The translations under genes were made by a program, and so were the position numbers. Positions 37,743-50,886 of a stretch of 64,000 bases of DNA are shown here, piece by piece. The stretch is taken from assembly GCA_964019335.1 (NCBI GenBank), contig OZ025663.1:714127-778126 (forward strand). The letters are read 5' to 3'. This stretch comes from Diplonema japonicum (taxonomy: Eukaryota; Protista; Euglenozoa: Diplonemea). Each line of letters opens with the position of its first letter. The first letter of the stretch is position 1. The notes under the pieces are model-generated. The model was not told the origin of the DNA and did not search any database. It saw nothing but the letters and a program-made list of their open reading frames with translations.

Positions 37743-40052
37743 ATGCAGGGAATGGACTCGAGTCTCATGCAGCATGAGGTGAACACGATTGACGGGCAAG
37801 ATTTAAAGTTAAAGGCGTCTCAAAGGCTTGCGAGGGCCAGGCTCAATCGGGACCGCATGTCTGGCAGGGCAGCTTTGGAGCAGAAACGACAGCAGGAGAA
37901 CACGGAGAGCGGGGGTGATGCACCACCTCACGTCACCCTGTCTCAGATCATAGGCACCAGCCCCGCCGTGGGGCCTATGATGTTGGGAGATGTGGATCTG
38001 AAGGAGGGGGAGCGTGTTTACGTAAAGGACAGTGCAAAGGTGATCCGCATGAATTCCCCTAATCTCGACAGGACCAAGGAGCTTTACTGCGGCGAGAAGG
38101 GGCGCATCGTGAAAATGTATCAAATGCTGGACATCCCTGGCGTGGACCTCAAGTTCCCAGATGGCGAGACGCGTTTCTTCACCCTTAACTGCATCGAATT
38201 CGAACCCAAAACAGCAGCAAAAGAAGCGCCTAAGAAGCCTGCCTCTCGAGCGATGCGGACGCCCTCCCCCAACCCTAGGGCCCGCACTGCGCTTAAGGAA
38301 AAGCCGATAGCAAAAGTCGCCCCCACCCCCACCCCCACCACCGCTAGGGGGATTCCCACGACTACTGCTCCTGTAGCATTACCCGCCCCCAATACTGCGA
38401 GGGCACTTCCTACTGCCACAATATCTGCAGCTACCCCCACCCCCACCACGCCTTTGACATCGGCTGCTAAGGCAAAGGCGCGTTCGAAGTCATCCGTGAC
38501 ACCATCTGGAACAAAGGTAGGCCAGAGGATTCTCATTTCCGTGAGCAGCCGTACCATGCAGGCTACGGTAAAGTATGTTGGCCCTACAAGCTTTGCAGAT
38601 GGCGAGTGGGCGGGGCTCGAGCTCAGCACGCCTGACGGCAAGGTATGCAGCAAGAGGAATCTCACTTCACACTATAGAACGATGGGAAGGTAGGTGGTAA
38701 AACGTACTTTAGGTGTAAGCCGAACCATGGCTTGTTTAGGTAATATTCACAATCCATATCCACATCCACACAGGCGGGTGTCAGAGCTCACTCCATCGTC
38801 GAACAACAGGAGTAGTAGTCCGAATTTTAGGAAGCAAGATGCTTCTGCTCCAGTTGTCGAAGCGAAAAAAGAGAGTGCATTGGTGCCTGCAGTGGCGAAG
38901 CCTAGAGTGGCAGCGCTGCCTCGTAAGGTGACAATGCCTGCTACGAAGACAATTAGGCTGTGGGAGAACGGCCAGTACGGGTCGACTGTTGATACCGTTC
39001 CGTACAAGTCTATGATCATCAGGCACTTGCACAAGACCATGAAGGCAGTTCTCAACACCGCCACCCGCGAGCTGGGTTGGCACATTATGAAGAGGTCAGT
39101 CGAGATCCTGTATCTTGATGATGGCACAGAGGTCAGTGATGTCGACAACATTATGAACGGCAGCAACATCATAGCCTCTTGGGGCGATGCCTTCATTAAG
39201 CCCACCATTCCATTGCCCGCCATGAAGCAAGCTCAGAATGACTCAAGCACCCAGGCACCTGCTCCTGCTGCAGCAGTTGTGCCCACACCCACGAAACCCA
39301 AGGCCGTGAACCGGACCAGAAGCCCTCTGCCCCAAGCTAAGACGCGGAGCCCACTAAGTGCGAAGACACAAGGCATCAACAAGATTATCAAGGTGTTCGA
39401 AAACGGCATTTATGGTAGCAAGTGGAGCGACACTATTCCTTGCTACACTGTGACACTCAGGAGTGCTTTCAAGACTGTTAAATCTGTGCAGGTGATGTTA
39501 GCGAGGGAGTTGCAGTGGAACCAATGTGGCCGCAAGGTAGAGGTCATTTATGACACGCTTGGTCGGGAAGTCATGGACCTTACCATGGTGACAGATGGTG
39601 ATGTGCTCATTGCTAGTGCAGGCGATAACTTTGTTCCCCCGCACACAGATGTGAAGGACAGGTTCCCCCTACCAAAGATGGAGGCAGAAGAGGAGCTTAT
39701 CCAACCAAAGATGGTGGCACAAGAGGAACTTGGGGAAGAGCTTGAGTATGAAGAACCTGCAAAGCCCGAAAGGGAGCCTGTGGAGACAGAAACCTCGGTG
39801 TCCTTGGAGGATCGTTCTCAGGCAGATCTCACAGATGAGTTTGACGACATCTACGCAGACCCAAACCTCGACATCGAGAAGCTCATGGCAAGGAGGAGGG
39901 AAAAAAAGGCAAAGCATGCCACCACGCGCAAGGAGAGCGAGCCCTCCAACAAAGACATGATCGCACAGCTAATGGTATGCACCCCAGGTAGCTCTCATAC
40001 ACTACAGTCTGAGATTGCTGATTTAGAGGCATCTGCATCAACAGAATACTGA
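37743..40052 (+). CDS. Microtubule-associated protein with CAP-Gly and two doublecortin-like domains
   Basis: VKYVGPTSFADGEWAGLEL..PDGK|NDGKVGGKTYFRC..NHGLF is restored by intron 38643-38677. Two repeats IRLWENG...LYLDDGTEV...IIASWGDAF and IKVFENG...IYDTLGREV...LIASAGDNF. Confidence 0.8.
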
Positions 40053-40190
40053 CACTTAGATCGCGTTGTTCATAAGAAACATGACCCGCTTGTACACGTG
40101 TACTCCATCCTTGCTTTGTATAGTCATAAAGAAATGCAGTTATTGTCTTTTTTTTCTTTTTTTTCTTTCCACTGTTTCGTTGATACTCAG

Positions 40191-42434
40191 ATGCTACCGG
40201 CACGGAGGATCTTCGCGAAACACATTGTGTTCAGGCAACACAGTAACATGGCGTTCACTTACCCGGAGGCGAGAAGGAGCGATTTCACGGAGGAGTTGCA
40301 TGATGTGACGAGGGCAGACCCCTATAGGTGGATGGAGGACAGCGACTCAAAAGAAGTGAAGGAGTGGGTCGGGCATGAGAACGATCTAGCAAGGTCATTC
40401 ATCGACTCCTATGAGCACAAGGACAAGATTTACTCAAAGATCAAGGAAAGGCTTGACTACGAGAAGCACGGCCTCCCTTGGAGGGAAGGGAAGAAATGGT
40501 ACTATTTCTTCAACACCGGGCTCCAGAACCAATCTGTGCTCTATGTGAAGGATGACATCAACGACAAGGCCGAGAAAGGTAAGGTGTTCCTGGATCCCAA
40601 CACTCTTTCATCGGAAGGGACGTCGGCATTGGGTGCCATGGACTTCACGAGCTCAGGGTCGCACCTCGCATACGGTGTAAAAAAGAAGGGCAGTGACTGG
40701 AGTGTGCTGCATGTCAGGAACTGCGAGACAGGCGAAGACCTTCCCGACAAGGTGGAATGGGTGAAGCACAGTGGGGTGAGTTGGGACGGCGAAGGGAAGG
40801 GTTTTTTCTACTCCAGGTACCCAATCCCCGAGTCCATTAAGGGCAACACTGACCTTGGAAGCGAGACAGACGCTGCAAGGGACCAGAGACTGTGCTACCA
40901 TAAATTGGGGACTCCGCAGAGCGAGGATGTCATCATTTACCACGACCCAGCAACCCCAACCATGATGTACGGGGCAGGGGTGTCCGAGGATGGGAAATAC
41001 TGCATCATCGAGTCCAGCAAGGGATGCCACCCGGAGAACACGGTGTGGTGCATTGAGATGGCCACCTTTGATCCAGCGACTTACAAGCAGGAGAGCATTG
41101 TGAAGGTGATTGATGAGTACAATTGGAACTACTCTTTCATCGGGAACAAAGACACGGTGCTTTACTTCAGGACCACCGAAAACGCCGACAACAAGAAGAT
41201 TGTGACATATGATATGAGCAGCAAGGAATGGAGCGATTTCCTGCCTGAGTCGGAGCATGTCCTGAAGTGGGGTACCATGGGATACGGGGGCATTATGTAT
41301 GTGTGCTACATGCAGGATGTGAAGAAGGTGGTCTACTACTTCCCTTTGTCCGATATTGGGAACAGAACGAAGCTCGAAACCGAGATCGGCAGTGTGTCCA
41401 TGTCCACTTCGCAGAAGCACCCAGAAGTGTTCTACTCGGTCACGTCTTTCATATTTGCAAAGCGGATGTACTACTACAATGCCGAGGAAGGACCCGCTAA
41501 AGCCACGTTGTGGTACGAGGCAAAGGTCAGTGACCATGACTCGTCGAAGTTTGAGGTAGAGCAGGTGTTCTACCCTTCAAAGGATGGCACCAAGGTTCCG
41601 ATGTTCCTCGTGTATAAGAAGGGCATGAAGCGTGATGGAAACAACATGTGCATGCTCTATGGGTACGGAGGCTTCAGGGTGTCGATGGACGTGTCTTTCA
41701 GCACCTCGTTGCTGACGTTCATCAACAACTTCAACGGTGTCTACGCTTTAGCCAACATCAGAGGCGGACTGGAGTACGGTGAGAAGTGGTGGAAGGGTGG
41801 CGCTTTGAAGCAAAAGCAGAATTGCTTCGACGACTTTATGTACGCAGCGAAGTACCTCCAAGAGACCAAGGTATGAGTGGGTTCACATTAGCAACTACAC
41901 AGATCACGTGCCCTGCAAAGCAAATAATTAGGGGTGGCTCCAACGGTGGAACGCTTGTTGCTGCATGTGCAAACCAAGCACCAGAGCTTTTTGGTTGCGT
42001 TATGGCCTCTGTAGGGGTGATGGACATGACGCGGTTCCACAAGTTCACGATTGGCGCTGCGTGGAGGAGCGACTTCGGTGACCCAGGTATACATGTGCAT
42101 GCCACCTGTTGTATTTTAACTTATCACAGACGTGAAGGAGGACTACGACTACATCATGACTTACTCGCCGTACCACAACATTGACGGCACAAAGAAGTAC
42201 CCCGCTATCTTGTGCCAGACAGGTGACCACGATGACCGTGTTGTCCCCCTTCACACATACAAGTATATCGCCGAGATGCAGTACAAGTGTAAAAGCCAAG
42301 AGAATCCCTTCTTCGCACTAGTAGAAGTGGATGCAGGTCACGGTGGAGGTAAACCTACTGAGAAGGTCATCGCAGAGCTGACCGACACATACACATTCAT
42401 GGCAAAGGTTTGCGGCGCTTCCTGGACCGATTAG
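40191..42434 (+). CDS. PREP: Prolyl oligopeptidase (S9A)
   Basis: [35 protein letters not shown]; catalytic GGSNGG, DHDDRV, AGHG; introns 41871-41902 and 42087-42129. Confidence 0.95.
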
Positions 42435-42852
42435 TAGGGCCACTGAACTGGGGCAATAAGGTTGGCGTATTTAGTTGCACACTTAACGCTAGCTCGTGTG
42501 TTGCAATCAAACACCCATTTAATTTCCCCCGTTCTTGCGCTAAGCAAACAACTTCTAATCGAGTTCACTCACCCTCCCTTTTCTGTTTTAACAATCTTAT
42601 ATATATTGTCGAACTAAAACTAGTTGATGGCAGCGTAATGAGCTATATTAGGTAGAATTCCGTTCGTGCGCACAAACAAATGAAGCGCCAAACTAGTCTT
42701 TTCTTTTGCTGCCGTCCCTCGGGTTGGGGACATCTGCTGTAAGGGTGGATAGGGTATTTGGGTATTTGGAGTTTAGAGGGTTGGATTCATTCATATTGTT
42801 CTTCTTTTTTGTTGTTTATTCCTTACAGGATTAATCGAAGATATCAAGAATA

Positions 42853-45405
42853 ATGTTGCGAAAGGGAATCAGGAGACAGGCCTTGAGTGCTGCGCGGAGG
42901 GCCACGCACAACTCGCCTACGCTCCTCAGGGCGCCTGTGCTGAGGGAGACTCCCGGTGAAGACGGTGGACCGACAGAGGTATTTGCTGCTGCTGGTCCGA
43001 TAATCTCGTTAGAGGAGAGGAGATCCTTGGATGATGTGCCTCGGATGCAGGTGTGTTTTTTTCTTGTTTGGATGATATATTTTTTTAGGAGCACGAGAAC
43101 GATCCTGCAGCTTTCGTGCTCTTGCACATGCCTGGGCACGAGATTGTGATGGGATCGTACCACCCTTGCGGCGCTTTATTTGAGTGCACTATCTCCCTAA
43201 ACAGGGCCAGGGAGTGCATTCAGAGGCTGAGGGAGGTTCTTGATGAGAATGGCATCCCAGCACGCACCCTTGGGGAGATCATGCGGATGGGACACTTCAC
43301 CGAGGACAGGGAACAGCTTAAGAAGATGGCCTCAAGTTCGCTGACATACGAAGTGCGCGAGAAGGACGAGCCTTATCTTATGGGGGAAGAGCTGCGTCTT
43401 GCGAGCGACCAGTACAAGAACGACGTGGTGGGCGGGCTGGATGTGCGTGACTTGGTATGTTGTTGTGCCTTTGAGAAGTCTTTATTAACAGGTTGATGTG
43501 ATTGTGACACAGCCGACGGTGTCCCTCGCAAAGAGTGGAAACAACACACCTTTGAAGTCTACTGGGTACAGGTTCGAGCCTCTGTCAAACTTGGTATGTT
43601 TTGTTCACGGAATATTTGTATCCCGCACAGATTTTTACCCGTGACCAGCAGATCGTGACCGCTAAGGGTGCTGTGCTGGCGAACTTGAACTCTGGTCAGA
43701 GGGCCCCAGAAGTGAAGGTGGTGCAGTTTTGCTTGGAGAAGCTTGGGATCAACGTACAGGGCAAGATTGAGGCGCCCGGTACCCTCGAGGGGGGCGACTT
43801 TTTCCCCGCGGGGAGGGATCTGTGCTTCATCGGGATGGGCATCAGGACGAACGATGCCGCTATCCAGCACATGCTGAAAAAGGATATGTTCGGCACTAGG
43901 CGTGTCGCCGTTGTGGCTGATCTGTTCGATCGCAACCAGGCCAGGATGCACTTAGACTGCGTTGCAGGCATTGCTAGTGAGAACTGCATTGTTGTGAGGG
44001 AGTCCATCATCGGGAAGTTGAACCCCAAGAGGAGACTTGTAACCGAATACACGCAGAACGAGCAGACAGGCGAGTACGAGGTGAGTGTTGAGCACATGGA
44101 ATTCGGTGAGTACTTAACTGCCAACGGCTGGCATATCATTCCCGCCTCGGAGCAGATGGCCGACGATCTTGGAATTAACTTCATCAACATGGGCAATGGA
44201 CAGCTCATCTGTACCGACGAGGCCATGGGTGAGACAATTGAGAACTTCCCTCATTTCAGAGGAAAGGTACATGTGATCGACTACAGAGAGATCTGCAAGA
44301 TGTACGGTGCCATCCATTGCACCACGCAAGTGTTCCGCCACGGAATGCCTGATAGCGAGAAGCCCTCGACCGGTGTTACCCCTGACTTCAGCAAGGCTCT
44401 GTCCACCTTCACCGAGAAGGTTCAGTTCATTCCTGATGAAAAGTCGCAGACCACCAACAGCGTGCTCTTGGTGGCCCCTACTCAGTTCGGTCAGAACAAC
44501 GAGACCCTTCAGGACAATGAATTCATGACGCGCGACAAGAAGCACCTGCGCTCGACAGACATCGACGTCATCGACGCCGCTTGCGAAGAGTTCCAAAGTC
44601 TGTACTCGTCCCTCCTGCGCGAGGGTGTCAACATCAAGCTGTACCACCACGAGCCTTACCATGGCACTCCTGATGCTTGCTTCCCTAACAACTGGTTCTC
44701 TACCCACAGGAATGCCAACGGTAGTTCCGAACTTGTACTATACCCCATGGCGCACCCCAGCAGAAGGAGGGAGCGCCGCCCCGACATCTTGAAGTACCTG
44801 AACGGCAGGTGCTCAAACTTGATTGACCTCTCTGACCACGAGGACATGAACATGTTTTTGGAGGGCACTGGCAGCATGGTGCTCGACAGGATCCACAGGA
44901 TCGCCTACGCGGTGGTTTCCTCGCGCACAGACGAGACTGTGTTGGGCAGGTTCTGCGAGCACCTGGGCTTCAAGCCGTTCCCCATCCACACCAAGGGGAA
45001 CATGTACCACACTAACGTGATGATGAGCATCGGGACCAAGTACGCTGCGGTGTGCTTCGACCACCTGAAGGATCAGGAAGAGGTGTCTAGATTGTACAAC
45101 TCGCTGAAGCAGACTGGCAGAACTATTGTGACCCTGTCTGAGGACCAGTGCACTAACATGTGCGGTAACATTCTGGAGTTGAGGTCTGAAAAGGGTGAGG
45201 CGTTCCTTGCCATGTCTGACCGTGCCTACAGCAACTTCAACCCCCAGCAGCTGTACAGTATGCTTCAGTGTGTCGACCACATCGTGCATCCGGACTACGC
45301 GACTATCGAGAACGTATGCTTTTGTTAGAATTTAAAAACATATCTTATTTCACACCACAGCTTGCCGGCGGTTCCGTGCGTTGTTCTATCGCAGAGCTTT
45401 TTTAG
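42853..45405 (+). CDS. Fusion of arginine deiminase (protist type) and CtlX-like amidinotransferase-family hydrolase, with mitochondrial presequence
   Basis: Introns 43051-43088, 43455-43491, 43594-43630, 45314-45360. Domain 1: NLIFTRDQ, LEGGD, MHLDC, YGAIHCTTQ. Domain 2: PDACFPNNWFSTH, LYPM..PSRRRER, FLEGTGSMVLDR, YHTNVMMSIG, GGSVRCSIAELF. Confidence 0.85.
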
Positions 45406-46857
45406 ACACAAACCAGCAGAGATGAAACGTACCTTTCAAAAACGTGATCACTTTTTTTCCCAAAAGCTTTTCGTACATTCTTTCTTCGGACCACCCTCCC
45501 GATCATAGTGATTTTTGCCTTTCTTTTGCTCTTCATTTTCTGAGCCATGCCGTGTGCTTTCGCCTTTATCTCCTACAAGCCGAAGGTAGAATAGACTTCA
45601 GTATGCAGCAGAACTCTGTTGGAACATAATAAAACGTGAATTAAACGTACGCATTGCGTCATGAGGTTTACCCCACCCCCAATCCCCATATCTTTAAGGG
45701 TTCAAAGCACTTTTTTTCTCTTCCTGCTGAACAGCTGCGGAACGGCGGAAGAGACACCTCGCAAGTCGTGACCTCGTGCTTGTGCGTGGCAGTATGAAGC
45801 ACGACATTCGGAAGTTCCCTGTGTAACCCTCAGGACCTTGCTGAACTCTTTAGATATGTGGCTAAAGTTTAAAAAAGAATCATACTTTCTTGCACAACAA
45901 AACGTAGGCTTTTATTTTATTTTATTTTTTATCTATTGCTTGGTGCGTAGCCGTTTCATAGAGCATGGTCAGCTGGACAGAAAGTTGTCATTTCCTTGAA
46001 GGAGGTAGACACAGTTTTTTAATATTTTAATGGCTTTGTTCTTCTTTTTTTTTTTTTTTTACCGTTTGATGAGCTTTCCCTTGTTTTTTATTCTTTCCGC
46101 GATTTTCATTCTGAGACCGGGCACTGATAGAATAGAAAGCGATTGAGGTTCTTGCTCTTTTATTTAAGCCCATTCCTCCCCTTCCTCCGACGAGTGGGAT
46201 GCCGTCTGCACCCCGCCCTTATCTTATTACTTCCTTGACATCATAGTTTCTGGAATTTTTATCTAAGTTCCCCGTTCACCAGAACCAGCAAAGGGTTCAT
46301 AATTAAGAAAGAATCAGATAATATCACGGACAATGTACTTATTTTCCACGGTGAGCACTCCCTTGCACACTGAAACCTTATCGATTATCAATTTTTTTAT
46401 TCTCTTTGCTAGGTCATTATAAAAAGAACAAGAAGCTGTGTACTAGTCATATCAGTAAAATGAAGCAGAAACAAGAAAGAAACAAATAATGAAACGCGTT
46501 TCTTCCCCCCCCTTTTTTTCCTTTTTCATGAGCTACTGCTTCGGAGATCCAATGTGGAATGCTGTACTGCTCTGACGAGAAAGACATTACTACCCTTCGG
46601 TACTTTGCTCCTCAGCCATTAGCACTGGCTACCTCGTGCAAGGCTGCCGTTGGGTTAGTTGTCGTGAAAATGGTAAAGGGCGGAGAGGGAACACGAAAAG
46701 AATGAAATTACTCCGGCGTAAAACATAAGTTTGATTCATCTCACAATAAAGGAAAAAGAAAGAAAAAAAAAGGTCTTGTATCTTGGCATGTTTTTTTCTC
46801 CCCCCCGTCTTTTCGGTATTTTAAGATACACCACGACATACTTACATCAGGACAAGC

Positions 46858-49334
46858 ATGTCGGGTAACACCAATGTACAGGTATTGGTGAGATGCCGCC
46901 CTAAGCTTGCTCATGAGGTGGACTCGCAGTGCAACCTTCTGGAGTGCGATGCGAACACTGTACGGGTGCAACACAACACGTGTACAGACAAGGTCTTCAG
47001 CTTCGACAAGGTTCTAGACGGTGGTGCAGACCAAGATGATGTCTTCGAGTACACGTCACCCCTCATCGACCATGCGTTGGATGGTCTGCACGCCACCATC
47101 TTTGCTTATGGCCAGACAGGCGCGGGCAAGACCTACACCATGGAGGGCTTCGACTACCTTGGTGGCGGCGGGAATTCAGATGCTTCTCAGCACCGGCTGC
47201 GCCCCGTCCTGTCAACTGCGAAACACAAGCACGGTGTCATCCCGCGTGCCATCGAGGCTCTCTTCGACCGTGCGCACCAGAGGATGTCTCATAACCCAAG
47301 AGTGAAATACAAGGTCTGTTTCGTCTTGCAATTAACATTTTTAAATAGATCAAATGCTCTTATTTCCAAATTTATAACGAGAAGGTGACAGACCTCTTGA
47401 ACACATCGTGGAAGAAGGACAAAACAGATAAAGGAGGTTTGCGCATCCGATGGAACAAGGTATGGAGCAGGAGTTCGTTTATTCATTCTAACATTGCAGA
47501 ACAACACATTCTATGTGGAGAATCTTTTTATCTTCGAGTGCGACAGTGCCAATCAGGTCCGCGAGCTGTTCACAAATGGCGTGAAATGTAAGGCTATGGG
47601 TAGTCACCAGATGAACCTTCAGTCAAGTAGGTCGCACGCCATTTTCACGATGTATATTGAGAGCTGGGACCCGCAGGTATGACTGGCAGACACAAGCCAC
47701 TTCCTCAGGCACCAGAATGCGTTATTAAAAGTGAGCTCACGCTGGTCGATCTTGCAGGTTCGGAAAAACTAACTTTGATGTCAAAAAACCCAAGCCAAAA
47801 GCTGCTGCAAGAGTCCATCGAGATCAACGCGTCACTGCTGGCGCTGGGAAAGGTCATTAGTGCTCTGGGAGCGAGCAGCAAGCAGCACGTGCCTTACCGT
47901 GATGCAAAACTCACGAAGCTTCTGAAGCATGCGTTAGGCGGAAACAGCCTGACGCTCATGGTCGCGTGCATCAACCCGTGCGATGCGTACGTCGAGGAGA
48001 CGGTATCGACACTGTTCTACGCAGGTAGGGCGCGCAACATACGCAACGACCCACGTGTTAATGAGGATAGTAAGACATCCTTAATACGTGCACTACGTGC
48101 AGAAATCCAGTCACTAAAGATGGAGCTGAGCCACTTCCGGACGTTGGCCATGAACAACAACAGTGGCATCTCAAAACCAGCGACAGAAATAGATGACAGA
48201 CCCCATACTGCTGAGTCGAGTGGTGACCAGTCACGCGAGGTTGTGTTTTTGGGAGAGAAGTTAGTTGATAGCGTGAAGATGTTGAAAGACATAATTATCG
48301 TTAATGGCCAGCTGCGAGAGGCGTTTGATGAAATTGGACGGAGCAAGCAAGAAGCGGAGGGCAGCTTAACAAATTTGAATGAAGAAAACGTGCTGCTGCG
48401 AGAGCGCATAGAGATGCTCGAGAGTATTGTGATGCAGGAGGCCGAAGACGAGCGCCCACAAAAAACGAAACAAAAGGAGTCGGCGCGCCCCCTTGAAACA
48501 GGGCTGACGTCATCTACAGGACGAGCACAGGCGGCACCGGTGGTGCATAAGGACCCTCCAAGGAAGCCGGCAGTTGGTAAGAAGCTGGAGAAGTACCGCA
48601 GCAGATACAAGCAACACAAAATGCCTAGTTACGATGATTATTACTCTGTAGCTGCCACCAGTAAGCGTACCTCAAGACCTGAGATGAAGCGACAGGGCAA
48701 TCATCAAACACGAGCCTTTGAAGGGCTGAAAGTGAACCAACAAGAACCGCTGTTCACAAAGCGCGCTGACTTAGGGGGACACAACATTCAGGTATGACTA
48801 TGACTGCCGTACTTACAACCACAGTCTGCTGCTGCGATGGCACTTGACTTTTCTCAAGCACGCGGTGCACAACCAAGAAGTAGTGGGGTGTTTAGTTCTG
48901 GCAATGGTGGGATGGCACATAGCAGCCCAACAGCAGAAGTACAGCAAGCGCTCTCCAGCGGCGATTCAGATTTAGAAGCAAGAAGACGTGCACGTGCCCA
49001 GCGTGCAGCTTTGCTGGAAGTTCAGCATAAGCAACTGCAACAACGTCATGTATCAGCTACAGGGGCCACCAGTTTTGCACATCCGCAGCCACTCATGCCC
49101 CAGGTCCCCATAGTGCCACAAATGCAGATGCCCCACGTGAGGCAAACACCGCTGTCAACAACAAAGACTCAGATGCGAAGAGCAACTGAGCCGGTATGAC
49201 AATTGCAACCATGGCAACTACAATAGGATGCCTCAGGACACGAGTACCTTACTCAGGAGGAGGCAAGGTCTTACTTCTCACCAGAGCAGCTCGCCATAAT
49301 TAATAAAAGAAGACAATTAGATAAAACCCACTAA
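46858..49334 (+). CDS. Kinesin motor protein, KIF12/kinesin-16-like
   Basis: IFAYGQTGAGKTYT, QIYNEKVTDLL, SSRSH, LVDLAGSE, HVPYRDAKLT. GLRIRWNK..FYVENL resembles KIF12. Five short introns; TAA 49332-49334. Confidence 0.85.
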
Positions 49335-49410
49335 CCTATGTTAATTAAGCCCAGTCCAATAAGTAGTGTGTTCTTCTGCCTTACCGAGTGAAGCTCTTAC
49401 CTAGGTACAC

Positions 49411-50826
49411 ATGCCTGGTAAAAAAGATAAGAAGAAGAAGCAAGAAGCAGAGCCAGAGCCCCTGAAGCCTGATGATGCTGAGTATGATAAAGAGTCGCTG
49501 AAAGTGAAGATTGCCACCTATGAGATGAAGATTATACGACTGCACAAGGAGACTATTGAGTTGCGGGGAAAGGCAGGGAAGCTGCAGGAAGAGATAGAGG
49601 AGAACACATCGCAGTCTCTGGCGATGTTCAAGAGGCTGACAAAGAGATTGGAGGACAGGGAGAAGGAGATCGCGCGCTTGAGATCAGAGGCAGCAGTCAC
49701 TGAAGAAGAACGGAATAAGGTTGAGACAGAACTGCGTGGGATGCTGAATGGTGAGAAAGAGGAAAAGGAGCTAGAGAGAGAGCGTTTGCGCCAAGAGGTG
49801 GCCGAGTTGCAGCAGAAGCTTGACGAGGTAGCACAGTTCCGACAGCAGAAGGATTCAATGACAAAGAAGGTATTTACTAACAACAACGTAATCATTTCTA
49901 CAGATGCAATTACTAGATGAAGAAGTCGCCCAGCTTGCCATAACCCACGGCAAGGAAATAGAAGGACTTCAGGAAGAACACAAGGAAGAGCGTGATAATC
50001 TGCGTGCCGACATGATCCGCAAGTGGCGAAAGACACGGCTAGAGGTCTACAAGCTCACCGAAGACCATCTGCAGACTAAGACTCAGCAAACTATACAAGA
50101 GAATGAGAAGCTGACGCGAGACCTGGATATATATGCACGTGAGGCCAAGGAGATGATGAAGCACAATACTAAGTTGAAAGAGGAGAACACAGCCATCAAG
50201 AGATCGCTGGAGATTGAGAAGCGAAGTGTTGCTGAACTGATGAAAAAGAGTCAGCAGCAGCAGCGCGCAATAAGAAGCCTAGTGCAGAAGTTGAGAAGCT
50301 ACGAGGATTTGTATGAGAAAAGCCAGCACCAGAAGGACACGGATAGAGCTGAGGGGATTGCTGGACTTGGAGAGACAATCGACAAGCAATATGACATCAT
50401 TTTCGAATTACGAAAGGAACTAGTATGCCAACGAATGACTTTTGTTTTTTTCAACATCACACAGGATGAAGCCAATGAGGAATTGGCACAGTGCCAAGGC
50501 AAGATGCAAGCAGGCAGAAAGGAGTCTGCTGAGAAGTTACTTACACTTACCGAAGCGCAGCAGTTTCTACTGCAATGCGCTGAAGATGTTAAAGTACAAG
50601 TATGCTTCCTTTACCTCTCGTAGACACGGCACAGGCTTCGGCGGCACGGAAGGGGACATCACTAGTCAGTCTTAATTCCGCCGATCGTGCAGAAGCTATC
50701 GATTACCTCCTCCGAAGGTTGGATGGCTTTGAGTCATCAATGTACCCAAGGCCGCCTGACGGTGAGCCTAAAAGGATAACTTCCAACCCACGCCGTCCAC
50801 AGTTACCTGAAATACAGGCGTCGTGA
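49411..50826 (+). CDS. CFAP157-like flagellar coiled-coil protein
   Basis: MPGKKDKKKK start, long coiled coil, TKTQQTIQENEKL motif; three short introns, e.g. 49870-49903. Confidence 0.55.
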
Positions 50827-50886
50827 TATTTTATTTCTTTCCTACAACACGCTAACCAACAGTACCGAACAGGATTACAAAACAAG

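Noticed and set aside
45420-46850. Possible tRNA or snoRNA in the long spacers (also 1700-3000 and 34400-37700)
   Set aside because: No cloverleaf or convincing C/D or H/ACA box arrangement seen by eye; a covariance-model search would be needed.
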